Made by a program: the position numbers and the translations under genes. The notes beneath the pieces were generated by a model. That model was given only the letters and a program-made list of their open reading frames with translations, was not told the origin of the DNA and did not search any database. From Lepidodermella squamata (Eukaryota > Animalia > Gastrotricha), in assembly GCA_047495785.1 (NCBI GenBank), contig JBLDXI010000020.1, positions 2,542,001 to 2,606,000 of the forward strand: a stretch of 64,000 nucleotides of DNA, written 5' to 3'. Each line of letters begins with the position of its first letter. Position 1 is the first letter of the stretch. Shown one piece after another: positions 25,057 through 41,779 of the stretch.

Positions 25057-26481
25057 ATGGATATTAGTGGTGGATTTTTGAAGATTTTGAGATGTTTCAA
25101 TCGCCAATGCCTGGTCGACGAGTTGTTTTGCCATCCTTCTGTTTGCTTCATGGCCTTCCGTGAACTGAATGATATTGCTCGGAACATTGTCGCTCGCTTG
25201 CTTTGGATTAATGGAGGAGTATCCCTTTTTAAAGTCGTCGCCGGTAACATTTACGGGAAAACATACGCGGAAAGTTTGAAGATGCTCTTGGATTTGGGAA
25301 TATTGCAAGAAGTGACTTCAGAAGATTGTAAACTGTATGAGGTTACCCCGTCATTCCGTAATGGACTGAAGATGGCTTTAGCAGGAGGCGGGACATCGTG
25401 GATTCAATATCCTCCTCCAGGAGATTCTTCGAAAACAGCCAAATCAGTCGAATATTTGGAGCGTTATGCGATGGAGAGATGGGAGTGTTTGTTATACACG
25501 CTTGTGTCCCCTCAACTAAAAGATGGTGATATTTCCGTCGGAGGTATTAGTAAAGATGCTCGTAATTTGCTCGTGAGGGCTGATCTATTGCAAGGCGCTG
25601 ATGACGACTCGTCGATGGCTATCACTCCTCGTGGCTTTCAGTTCTTGCTTCTCGATAAAAGATCTCAGGCGTGGATATTAGCTTCTGCTCTTGTTGGCAA
25701 GGAAAACCCTAGCGTAGCAGCTGCTGTTCTTCTATGTAATTTAGCTCTGTTTCGTCCATCGACGGTAGAGTACTCTACCGCAGACTTTACTCCTGAACAG
25801 CTAACAGTGTTAGCTTGTTTGCGCGAATTCGGTTTCGTCTACCAGCGATCATCGAAGCTTCCCAGATTTTATATTACATCGCTCGCGTCGGCTCTTTCGT
25901 CAACTTCTAATAATTTGACAACACATTTGAGCTCTCAATCACATGGCCATATTTCAGTGGAAACTAACTTTCGTCTATATGCGTATACAGAATCACGCCT
26001 TGACGCTGCGTTGTTGTCAATGTTTGCCGAGCCTATTTGTCGCTTTCAAAACATGATCGTGAGCGCTCTTACTAGAGATTCTTTCAAGAAGGCTTTGAAT
26101 GTCGGAATTACTGCTCAACAAGTCATTGATTTTTTGAAGTCACGTTCCAAGCCTGAAACGGAATCAGCAATGTTCGCTGGAGCCAAGCCATCCACAATTC
26201 CTAGCATTCCGCCTGCCGTTTCTGATCAGATGCATATCTGGGAGCTTGAACGTTGTCGATTGAAATATCAGAAAGCGTTCTTGTATTCCGGGTTCGAAAA
26301 TCCAGCTGATTACTCAGTGTTGCGGGATTATGCTGGCCAGATTGGAGGCTTGTTATGGAGCCCAGAAGATTCTGTTGATCCGTCGAGTTCTCGCAAGCAA
26401 ATGATGGCTGTTACTCCCGATGGCCACGATAAAGTTCGAAGTTATTGGCGTAAACGTAGGAAGCAAGATGGTTCCGGTTAA
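25057..26481 (+). CDS. GTF2H4: TFIIH subunit p52/Tfb2, intronless; likely start MDISGG (the ORF track's upstream extension is probably non-coding)
   Basis: HPSVCFMAFREL, YAMERWECLL, ITPRGFQFLLLD, LREFGFVYQR, VETNFRLYAYT, GITAQQVIDFL, VSDQMHIWELER. Confidence 0.93.
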   Translation: MDISGGFLKILRCFNRQCLVDELFCHPSVCFMAFRELNDIARNIVARLLWINGGVSLFKVVAGNIYGKTYAESLKMLLDLGILQEVTSEDCKLYEVTPSFRNGLKMALAGGGTSWIQYPPPGDSSKTAKSVEYLERYAMERWECLLYTLVSPQLKDGDISVGGISKDARNLLVRADLLQGADDDSSMAITPRGFQFLLLDKRSQAWILASALVGKENPSVAAAVLLCNLALFRPSTVEYSTADFTPEQLTVLACLREFGFVYQRSSKLPRFYITSLASALSSTSNNLTTHLSSQSHGHISVETNFRLYAYTESRLDAALLSMFAEPICRFQNMIVSALTRDSFKKALNVGITAQQVIDFLKSRSKPETESAMFAGAKPSTIPSIPPAVSDQMHIWELERCRLKYQKAFLYSGFENPADYSVLRDYAGQIGGLLWSPEDSVDPSSSRKQMMAVTPDGHDKVRSYWRKRRKQDGSG

Positions 26482-26619
26482 ATTCAAATCGTCTGATAAT
26501 CTGATGATATAAAACTTGAAATCTTTCGTATAATAGCTACATATCTTTCAATGCAAACAAATTTTGAAATGATAACCACCCTGTAATCGTATGTTTTTCT
26601 AGGTTCATTGTTACATGAA

Positions 26620-29600
26620 ATGAGTAAACTAGCTTATAGCGATGAAGTCGACACGGGAGGCGTAGGTTGGGGTGAAGAGGCATTTGCCGAAGATCTTATC
26701 GATGTCGACATCGCCGAAACTGTAGCACACTTACCTGAGCCTCCCGCAATCGATGAAAACCAAGCTGAGCCCGTGGTTGAAAATTCTGCGGATCATTATC
26801 AGCCTGAGCCGTCGAATGACGATGTGCAAAGCGAGCCGGTCTCTGAAGCACCGACACAGCAACATTTCGAAAATACACATTTTGTAGCTGAGCCGGAACC
26901 GGTCGTGGAAGAAGCCCCTCCACCGCTTCACACGGAGCCTGAGATCCCTATTATCCAATCAGCTCCGGAACCAGCCGCAATAGCTCCGCAGATTGAAGGT
27001 AAGTAATTATTTTGCTTTTGCTTACTTTTCGAGAAATTTTGTTGAGAAAAGCCGATTCATGGAGATCTTTCTTATTTTCAGAAGTTGCTCCCCCACCACC
27101 TCCACCTTCTCAATCAGTTTTGCAAACTTTCGTTCCTGAAATTTCGGCTGCTTTACCGGCTGAAGAAGCCCAAGGCTTCACAGCTCCACCTCCGCCAGCA
27201 GCAGCTCTTCCAACTACCATTCATCAGCAACCAGCAGCTTTCACCGCCACGACGAGAAAAACTCTGGGTCCAATGAGTGATTTGACGAAACTGCCTACAA
27301 ATGTTCTAAGAACAACGGCACTGCCAGCCGCTCCGTCTCCGACAACTGTTCAGGGCGAGCAGGCCGGCTCGAAGAAGCTGGTCCTACCCCAGGCGCAGAT
27401 CAAATTCCGCCAGCCTATTGACTACGCAGCTTTGTTGAACAAACCGACTGCAACTAGGACGAATGTATCGACAACAGGGCCTCTAGCGACTACTGTGACT
27501 TCAAAACCAGTCTCAGCCGCTAGTCTAGTGGCTAATACCCAGCAAATCACGGCAGCAGCTGCTGCTGTGGTCGCCGCGGCTCAGCAACGCCAGAAGGCGA
27601 ACCAGAATTTGATGTCGTATCCACCTCAAGCGACGAGAAACGGCCCGAGCGTTGCAGCTCCAACAGCCGCAAGACCAGTTGAACCGCCTCAATCTTTGCA
27701 ATACGCACAGCAACCACAACAGCCTCAGTTGCTAAAACCGAAGGCCGAACCTACAATTCCGAATAATATGTCCCGTTCTCAAACCCTGCCGGATTTCAAT
27801 GAGCAACCGGTGCAGCAGCAACAACAGCAACATAATACCAGTTACTACCAGCAATCGACTAATGGCGATGATTATTTGAGTGAGCAAGAAGACCCGTCTC
27901 GCTCGAGTGGCGTTACGGGTAGTGAAGAGCGGCGTGCGCACAAGAAACACCGAAAAAGCCGGCGGTCGCAACAGCCGCCACCTGTTGATTCGTACAACAT
28001 GGGTTACTACATGGAGAACCCCCAAAGCTACGCCGAATATTGCCGGCAGTGGTATGAGCAACAGGCTAGGATGTATGGGTCCTACTCAGGCGCATCAACC
28101 CCGGCCTATGAGGCGTCGGAATCCGGGTCGGAGTATGACGGCGGAAACGGGGTTCACTCCCGCCCGAGTAGCCGTATGAGTGTAGGGGGTAGTTACGTCT
28201 CGCCCCAGGTTAACAACCCTTACATGGCTTGGCAACAGACCCAGCAATACACGACGGCGGGTAACTACGACGCGGCTGCCTGGTGGTACTGGTACTACAT
28301 GCAGCAACAGCAGTTGCAACAAACACAACAACCGCAGACCCCGCAGAGACCTTCAACCCCGAAAAAATTCCGATCCCCCCACTGCCGGGCTACTTTTTCC
28401 CCATCCGGGTTCTTGGTTACCATCATACCCGGCCGGCACGCTAATGCCGTGAATGGCTCGCCGGCGACGAGGGTTAACGTTATCAGGACATATGACGTCA
28501 TCGCCCCAGCTTTACCTGAGGTTAAGGAGTACTCCGACTTCCCTGGGCCGTTAATTCCGAGCGAATCGCACAAAATCGACGTGATCAATTTCGCACAGCG
28601 CATGGCGCAGCAGGCCACGTCCAGTGACTACATCGACCGCGATTCTGTCAATCTCCTCTGGCGATTTATCGAGCTGTTAGTTCGGCAAAATGGCACGTAT
28701 TTCGGCGCGGATGTGTCGCATTTGTTGACCGAATCGCTGCCTGGCCTGCCCGAGCAGTTGATCGAACCGGCTGATCACGCGATTATCGCTCCTCAGGGCG
28801 CGATTTCGCAACTTCGTGATTTGTTGCTGCATGGTAGGAAACGCGAGGCGGTTGATTTTGCGATGAGTAAAAACTTGTGGGCTCATGCTATGTTCCTGTC
28901 GCATTCGATGAGCGAACAGTACTTTTTGACTGTCCGTAACAAGTTCTTAGCCGCATCTGCAGCGCCTGGCGACCCACTGGCGACTTTCTACCAGCTGGTC
29001 ACCCTGTCTTCACCGGTTATCAGCCGGCAAGCCGTTCTGAGCGATATGCACTCGTGGCGGCAACATCTCGCTGTGATTTTGAGTAACTCAGCCGCGAGTC
29101 CGCCCTTTCAACGGCAGTTATTGCTGTCTGTTGGTGATACGTTGCGATCGCAGGGTCGGTTATACGCTGCCCAGTTGTGCTATCTAATGGCCGGGGATCA
29201 ATTTTCGCAGTTCAGCCCATCAACCGACGGCTATTCACCCGTTAGAATGGTGCTGCTAGGCACTGAGCCGAGTGGCGATTTCCAGCGATTGGCTAAGCCG
29301 TATTTCTGTCAGTTGACTGAAATTTACGAATACTGCCTGAGACTAGCTAACCCACGATCTGTCCTGCCCGCGTTTCAGCTGTTCAAGGCGTTTTACTGCC
29401 TGAGCCTGGCTGAAATCGGGCTGGTGCACGAGGCCTTCCGCTACCTCATTTCAATAATCGAGGGCCTTCAAATCAGTTTCCACAACCAACCGAGCATGGC
29501 GAATTCGTTCCCGAGACTGTGTTTCAAATGGCTATGCGACCTGTACACGGCTCTCCACCGGTCCGAACCGGCCGTTGACTACTACGGCACGATTGAGTGG

Positions 29601-31796
29601 ATTTTTAAGGCGGCTCGTGGTGAACCGATCCAGCCGCCCCCGCTTCCACCACATATAGCGGCGGTACCCGGTCAATCGGCTCAACAGCCGCAAAATTATT
29701 TATATTCTCGGCCTGATGAGTACAGGCACTTGTCTCAGACCCCGGGGCCGTATAATAATAGCGGGCATAACATCCAGCCATATGCTGGGTACAATTCTCA
29801 GCCCCCTGCCCAGCCGGTTCAAAACCAACAGCCGGCTAGTCAACCGCACGTTCAATTTTCTCAACAACCGCCTCAACAACAAGCTCAAGCCGAACCGTTT
29901 GGCGCGTCGGGTTACGGTGTCCCATCGTTGAACCCGGGCGGCAGCAGCAGTCAGGAGGCGGCCAGGCCGTTTGCTCAATCGGGCCGTTTCGGCGAGTCGA
30001 TGAGTAGGCGGTCGGATGGCGGTGCGAGTGACCAGTCGAGTTTTGGCTTTTCGATGACTTCGATCAAAAATAACATGGCGGATGTGAAGCGCATGGCGAC
30101 TGAGTGGAACCAGCAGCAGGAATCTGCGGCGAATACCGCCAACAATAACCAACCTGCTCAACAGGCCTTGGGGTGAGTTTTCGATTGTTTTTGCGCTAAA
30201 TTTTACGAAAATTCCCAATTTTTCACCACCAGCAACTTTTACATGAAAAGGTTAGATAATGTAACAGTTAATGTCGTATCACGGGTCTTAAGTTTATGTC
30301 TCCATTATTTGAGTTTTGTAAATTTTCTGTAAGTAGAGACTTAATTCTTGTTCATTTATTATCAATTGCCAGGAAACTTCGGTATTATTTATTATTTTAC
30401 GCGTGTTTTTCTTATTTGGCCAAGTTTATTTGTTTTATTGATCGCGTTCAAGTTTATTTCCTGAGCTGATATAGGGGTGTAATTTGCAGCGTTGAAAAGT
30501 AATGGTAGTGCGTCGCATTTATTTACATTTTGGCCCACATCGAGAATTTCTGTTATAAGGTGTTTTTTACTTTTAAGTGGGCTGGATTCGTGGAGGTATG
30601 AATCGCCAATTTCGCACAATTTGAGGTAAATTTGTAGCAAACAAATAAAGAGAAAACTTACCCAGCGATTTCACTGAACTGCTTGTCGATATCATCTTTT
30701 GATTCTATTCTATAGCTCACCGATCGCTTCAAAAAATCACGGAAAATAATATGGGAAAAGTTGAACTTTGCATGACGGGTTTTTCTTGACAATAGGCACC
30801 CTTGCTCGATTTTTTTGTTACAATTTTGCTTGCAAGAAGAATAAAGATGCGGCGATTTGATGACGATTTTGAACAAATTGAAGTGAAATTGCACGCTTGA
30901 TTTCGGGAATCACGATCCTTGAAATAAAATACGTAATTTGCCATTTCAGAAACAGCCTGCAGTTGGGCCAGCAAAAGTCGAATGATTTGCCGCCACAGCC
31001 TCAGCAAGACCACCAGCAACAGCAATACCATCAGTACCAACAACAGTCGCAACCACCTGTTGAAGACCATTCTCATCAGCAGCAGCAACAACAACAGCAA
31101 CCACCACCGGCGGCTCAAGAGCAGCCTCAGGCGTATGTGTCTCCTCTGGGTGCATGGGCTCCTGCGATCCCGCCGTCTGCCCCGTCTCAGCAACAGCAAC
31201 AGTCGTCCTACGACTATAACAATACTCGGCAGCAACACGACTCTTATCAAAACAATAACCACCACGACCGGTCCTCGCCCACCCCGCCCCAGAATGACAA
31301 GTCTCCCAAAAAGAAGGGTGACGAAAGTAGCGGAACCCCATCGGGCAATTTGTTGAGCGGTCTCCTGAATCGTTTGCCATTTGGCTCTGCGAACAGTAGC
31401 AACAAACAAGCCCCGAAACGCATGGTTCTGCCCGACGATTCTAAACCGACGTTGGTGTTTGATAAGGAGAAGAACAGGTGGGTTGATAAATCGAAGCCGG
31501 AGGCTGAGCAGGAGGAGGAAGCGCCGCCGCCCCCGCCGCCGATGATGGGCGGCCCACCGGCGGCTACCTCTCAGCCTATGCCATCTATGACCGCCCCGCC
31601 GCCTACCATGTCGATTGGCGCGCGGCCCCGCGGTCGATATGTCGATGTCTTCAAACCGGCCGGGGGTGACCAGGGAGCATCTGCACCCCCTACGTCGAAT
31701 GGGCCCTCTGCGTCGGGCGCCCTGCTTCGACCGGCTATGTTCGCCCCGCCTCAGCAAACTTTCTTTGTGCCGCCGCCTGTTCAAGATGCAAGTTGA
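26620..31796 (+). CDS. SEC16: COPII scaffold Sec16; exons ~26620-26998, 27082-30172, 30950-31796
   Basis: Central conserved domain: TPKKF...H..ATFSPSGFLV, FPGPL....HKIDVINF, LLWRFIELLVRQNG, LLLHGRKREAV, LWAHAMFL, WRQHLAVILSN; C-terminal MVLPDDSKPTLVFDKEKNRWV and RGRYVDVF. Confidence 0.9.
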
Positions 31797-32855
31797 GGTG
31801 GATGAATTTCGTGCAAGAAAATAACTTAAAATAACTTAACTATGATTGATATATAACTGAATAAATTATTATGATAAAGGCATGTCTGAGTAATGGAGAA
31901 GATGAATCGCGGCTTTCTCTTTTCTCACCTCGCGTGTAACCGACTGCAATATGGCCACCTGATACACCTAAGCAAATGATTTTTCGTGTAATATTTTACT
32001 GGAATTTAAGCATAATCATTAGCGATTTAATTTTTTTGCGTTTTCCTTCAATTGAATGTCGACTTCCGTTGAAATACCCGTTAAAATCTGCTGCTGGATA
32101 TAAAAAAATGAGAGCAAAATTATTTCGAAGAAACTTATAAAACGGTGCACTTGGTTTATTGAATCGGTTGTATTTGGTGTTATTGAAAATTATAAAATGA
32201 TATTCAGTGTCCGTTATTATCATTATGTTTCTTGTAAAATAAATGACAATATTTACACGACGATTTGATCAATCCACTCTCGCACATCTTTCGTTATAGT
32301 TGTGTTCAAAACGCTGAAAAAGGATGTCTCTTATATCAAAATGTCCCCGTTTTTGTCAGCCTCTTATAGGCACATCGAACCATGTACCAATTTCCATCTT
32401 AATATCTGAATGTTTTATTTTCAAGCTGAAAAAATTTCCTCGCATTAAATTCCATTTTTTTCGGGTGGCGGTTGGTTGTTCGGTTATTTTAGGGTGGACT
32501 TGAACTGTTGGTCGGATGTATCGACCACATTTTGCCTATCTTTCCCCGTGGCTTGGTTACCTTTTTCGCAGCTTGTGGTTCTGTGTTATCATCAACTTGA
32601 AAGAAATATAAATATAATATTATTTATCTCTAAAAAATATTGTATGATTTAAGTATAATAGGTCTAAATGGACCAATGTCGACTCTTATTCTATTGTGGC
32701 TGTGGACCTCTTTACGCACGATATCGTTATTAAATGAGAAAAATATTACAATAATTTAAAATCGCGGTAAAAATGCGAAAAATGAGTAAAAAGTGCTGTT
32801 GAATACTTCAAATTAACAGTTTTTTTATTATAATTTTCTAGTGGTTACCACGCTA

Positions 32856-32900
32856 ATGAAACTAATTGGCATCTTTAACTACAATGTCAAGCGGTGCTGA
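32856..32900 (+). other. Upstream ORF ([14 protein letters not shown]) overlapping the LYRM5 start codon out of frame
   Basis: ATG at 32856 to TGA at 32898-32900, downstream of the acceptor-like ttttctAG (32840-32841); translation not shown. Confidence 0.45.
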
Positions 32901-33292
32901 ACTCAGACGCCGAGTGATTTCCTTGTACAAGCAGGTGAGAATTTATTAATTTTCAAAATTTAAAAATGGTCAATTTTTAATTTGAATTTAAATCAATTAA
33001 AACGAATTTTTCCTATTTTGTTTTGCAGCTTTCGTTTTTGGGGCGAGAGTATCCTCTGGGAGCAGACTGGTTTCATAACAAGCTGAAAAATTCCTTCACG
33101 AAGAACCGTTCCGTTTCCGACCCGGTGGAAATAAACAAATTGATCGCTCGTGGCGAGTACGTTGTCAAAGAACTCGAAGCCCTGTATAGCCTGCGTAAAT
33201 ACCGCGAATTGAAAAAACGATACTACGCCGAAGATTTGCTGACGCCGGAAGAAGTTAAACGAATCGACGTGATATCGAAAACCGAATTTTAA
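32884..33292 (+). CDS. LYRM5: LYR-motif protein 5 / ETF regulatory factor 1 (104 aa); exons 32884-32934 and 33029-33292
   Basis: [11 protein letters not shown]|[15 protein letters not shown]...[27 protein letters not shown] matches the ETFRF1 pattern. Confidence 0.92.
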
Positions 33293-33296
33293 AAAC

Positions 33297-33884
33297 ATGG
33301 AAATGATAAAACTTCGTAGTCCTATATATTTACGCCAAAATATTCGCACGATTTTCGGCGGTAGAGTAGCTTCACCCTCGATAAAAACTCACCATGAGAA
33401 GTATATAATCGGCCATACGCGTGAGCAGATGTTTGAAGTAGTTTCACGCGTCAATGAGTACAAATCGTTTCTACCCTGGTGTCACGATTCGTTGTTCGCG
33501 AGCGGAAATGCTAACAGCCGAACTGCCCAGGCTGTGCTAGACATCGGCTATCCGCCCTTTGTAGAGCGTTACACCTCGGCTGTGACCATGGAGAAGAATT
33601 CTTTAGTTCGAGCTGTTTGCGAAAATGGTAGATTGTTTAAACACCTGGAGACAAATTGGCGGTTCGGCGATGTCCGGGTGGCGAAAGACAGCGCCGCTCT
33701 GGTGCCTAAAGCTTGCACCCTCGAGTACCAGCTTCGCTTTGAAGCGTCCATGTCCATAGTTACGGCGGCGGTGAATTCGATGCTATTCGATGCTGTCGCT
33801 AAGGAAATGGTGCATGCGTTTCTGCGACGAGCCGCGCATTTGTACGGGCCGCCTTCGCGACCGCCAATCCGCCTTAAAGTCTAG
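33297..33884 (+). CDS. COQ10: Coenzyme Q-binding protein COQ10 (START-like), with mitochondrial presequence-like N-terminus
   Basis: IIGHTREQMFEVVSRVNEYKSFLPWC, LDIGYPPFVERYTSAV, LFKHLETNWRF, MVHAFLRRAAHLYG. Confidence 0.92.
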   Translation: MEMIKLRSPIYLRQNIRTIFGGRVASPSIKTHHEKYIIGHTREQMFEVVSRVNEYKSFLPWCHDSLFASGNANSRTAQAVLDIGYPPFVERYTSAVTMEKNSLVRAVCENGRLFKHLETNWRFGDVRVAKDSAALVPKACTLEYQLRFEASMSIVTAAVNSMLFDAVAKEMVHAFLRRAAHLYGPPSRPPIRLKV

Positions 33885-36800
33885 CGCCAGTCTTTTCAAT
33901 CAATTTTTTTAGCTCGTTTAGAAAAAATGTAACAAATTGAGGTTATTGGTATTTTAATGACTATTCACTTCGTAGCTAATATGATTCTCGCCGTCGCGAA
34001 ACCAGTGTCTTTTGTCTATAGAGGCAGTTGCAAGCTTCAATACCCGGATTCATTTTGTTGAGGACGAAAATGTGTATGTGGGACTTTTTCGTGATATAAA
34101 TGAAAGTAAAGATATTTTATTTAAATAAACCTTGCATTGCTCGAACTCGCGTTGTTTTTCAATATCAAACGTTAGGTGTCGGTGTCCCGACATGTGCCGA
34201 GTAACTGATCAAAAATAATTGAAGTCATCTGACGTATCAATAATATGATAACAGGCGACGTTTTCAAACAAGCTGACAGACACGTGAACCGTCACGGCAA
34301 AACTGCGTCGAAAATTGAGAACAGCGAGAGAAGGCGATGAAAAATGTGACATTTTGCAAGCTATAGTCTAGCCGCAAGGATGACCTGAATCTTGGAGAAA
34401 TATAATTCATTCGAAATTTATTGCGTTTGATGCCTCGAAGGCTTGAGTAAATTTCGAGTTCGGTTGGTATTTGTCACTCGCAAAAAACGGGTTTGCTGAC
34501 CTGCTACTTGTCAGCCGACAACGGGCGATAGCTAAAAAAAACAAGCGAGAATCCTCGCTCAACGGTTTTAACCTTGTGCAATCTCCGAAAACGCCATTTT
34601 ACTTGTCACCTGTCAAGGTGACAAGTTTACAGGTGACTCACTTTTTGATTATGAATGGTAAGATATTTCACCCAAACTTTCTTGGACACACTGGATGAAG
34701 GCAGTGACTACGTTATCTATGGATAGTAACTAGTATTTTGAGAACCTCGGAAGCTTCCACTGGATGAGACATGGGTGCGACGAGAGTGAACCCAAAATTT
34801 TGCTCTAGTACTTGATTTGTTGTTCCAGGATTCAGGACAGTCAAATGGGGCGACATTATCAGATATCTGAGATGTCCCTTGTGAAGACCCCATGGCGAAT
34901 TACCTGAAATGAACGTAAAAAGCAAGCTAATGATCTGAATTGTTTGACAAGGAATATCAAGTTGATTTAGGAAGCTTTTGAATTTCGGCGTTCAACCTCA
35001 CGTTTAAGTAATCTGAATGAATATCTGTGCCAGTTTCAGGGAGGCCCAGAGTGATATAATACCAATAGTAATACCTATAGTATATGTAATATTGGAGTCT
35101 TTTGGCCAGGCCAAGACACAAGCGATAATTAAATTTGTATCAAATTTACACGCAATTGGGTTATAGCGGGTCTCATTAATAATTTTAGCATGGCCGAGGT
35201 CGATTTTAAATTTCAACATGACGTTCTAGTCGGTGAAGAGGGTTCTGGTTCTGATGGATGGGTCAGGATCGGAAAAACCCACATTCCTCAAACAACGGAA
35301 AATTGAAGTTTTAGTTGAATCGGCGAATTCAGCCGCATAAGTCCGTCTCAAATTTATTCATAACTTATTACTACTTTCGAGAAAACTGTATCTTACAACA
35401 ATGCCAGGTTCTTTCACTTTCAACTTGATCTGGAAACTTTCCACGATATTAAATGCTGAGCTAATGACTTGGCAGGCATATACATTTCCTGGCACGTTTC
35501 CGTTTCAGCAATGTCAGCTATACCTACTTGGATTTCGCATCTGTCCTCGCGGGTTCCTTCACCGCTGTTTTTAGCCATGTTTACGCTGACCACAGCACGA
35601 ATGCACCGACTAGCCAATTTCCAAGTCAGCTCTTCACTTGATTAGCTACAAGACATCACGCGCTCTGCTTCCTTCTCAAATAACTCAATACGTGAGAAGA
35701 AAGACAACACGATGCACCAACTTGAAAGACTTCTTTCATGACGTCAACAGGCACGTCATTATTACAGGTCAACGAGACAAATAATGAACAAAAAACGCGA
35801 CAAGAAAAGAAACCAGGTTATGTAATATCTTTCATTCATTGTTTTATTCTGCCGTTTTTTAGTAAATAACCACCATATTCCACAACGAGCGTGTTCAACA
35901 TTTAGTAGCACTAATTTAACAACAACAACGTTAATCACTAGTTTTTTGTATAATTGATCTTACATGTATAACGCAGCCCGAAACATCGTACTTGAATCCT
36001 GGATTATTAGTGTATTTTTTTCATCCATCTTAAAAATCCAGTCGTCATTTCATATGTGTGTAGAAAAAACCGCGCGCTCAGGAGAAAGATTGAGAGGTGA
36101 GATTACGCTTCTCGAATTTTTCTCGGTAGTATCATAACAACCTTCTATCAAAGTTTGAAAAAAATCAGCTTCTCGAAAAATCGATAACAATAGTATACAA
36201 AAAAATCAACATCATCATCATCAAACATTAGCAGCTGGTTTTTTCAAGGACGGCACAGTATTTTTATAATCAAATTGAAATTTAATTTAATATATGATAA
36301 TAATATGTGGTTTATTGTTCTGAGGTTTGGTTTCGATTATGTCGACGGCAAACAACCTTGGCAACATATTTTTTCTCATAAATTGGACGAGTTTTCAGTT
36401 TTCATTTTTTTGCACAGATATTACGGCGATCTCGCGATATGATAAATTACAAAATGAAAAACGAAAACACAAAAAAGAAGATGAAGAGAGGAAAGCTGAA
36501 AGTGCCATTAGTGCGAATTCGTAAAAAAAGATTGAAATTTTTATTAGTTTTGTTTCTATAACATACCATGTGAGGGCTTTATAATTTGTATATCAATTAA
36601 TCAATTAATTAACGCAACGAAGCCACAACTTCAAATCAAGTCTAGCGTATAGCATATAGCGGTAATTCAACAATCAAATATTCATCGCGTGAGATTTCCA
36701 TCGTCATTTTCAATTAATATAAAAACAACTGTGTGCCACTATTATAGTCGCCTCGCTCTACTAATGATAAAATCAATCAAGTTTTTATGTACATCATATA

Positions 36801-37335
36801 TAGATAGAATTTATATAGATAGATATCTCGCTCTCTGATAAATTCAAGACTTCAAAATTCGATAGATTGCTATGCGTTATCGCTTAATGAATATCTAAAG
36901 ATGGCACAAATCAATGCACTTTTTTCTCCCTCAATCAATCGTCGGCAGGACAATCAAGCAAAGAGGACCGCGAGTTAATCGCTTTTCTAATCAAAATGTC
37001 TCCCGACTTTTCATCAAGCCACAACCACTCAAGTGTCGTCGCACCTAAAAAAAAATCGAGGAACCTGTTTGCTTGAAAAGCCTGGAAAGAAAGTTCCATC
37101 AGCTACAGCTCAACAATTATTCAACAACACGAAAAAAAGTTGAAACAAAAACCTCAAGTGCATATTCACCGGCACATTAAAATACTATCATAGTAGTAAT
37201 AACATACTATGCGGAAACGCAGCTCATGTGATGATCATTAAACATCCTCAGCTCAAATATCAACAAAAATGTGTCTAGCTTATCAGTGAAGTTTGATGAA
37301 AAATCGAAAAATTCCACCTTAAAATGACGCAAGAA

Positions 37336-41779
<4,444 letters not shown>

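Noticed and set aside
30729-31784. 351-aa Arg/Leu-rich minus-strand ORF, and similar antisense ORFs over SEC16, SIK and HSD17B4
   Set aside because: Antisense shadows of Pro/Gln-rich, GC-rich coding exons.
34601-34626. Perfect hairpin acttgtcacc-tgtcaa-ggtgacaagt
   Set aside because: Isolated 10-bp stem in repeat-like intergenic DNA; nothing supports a function.
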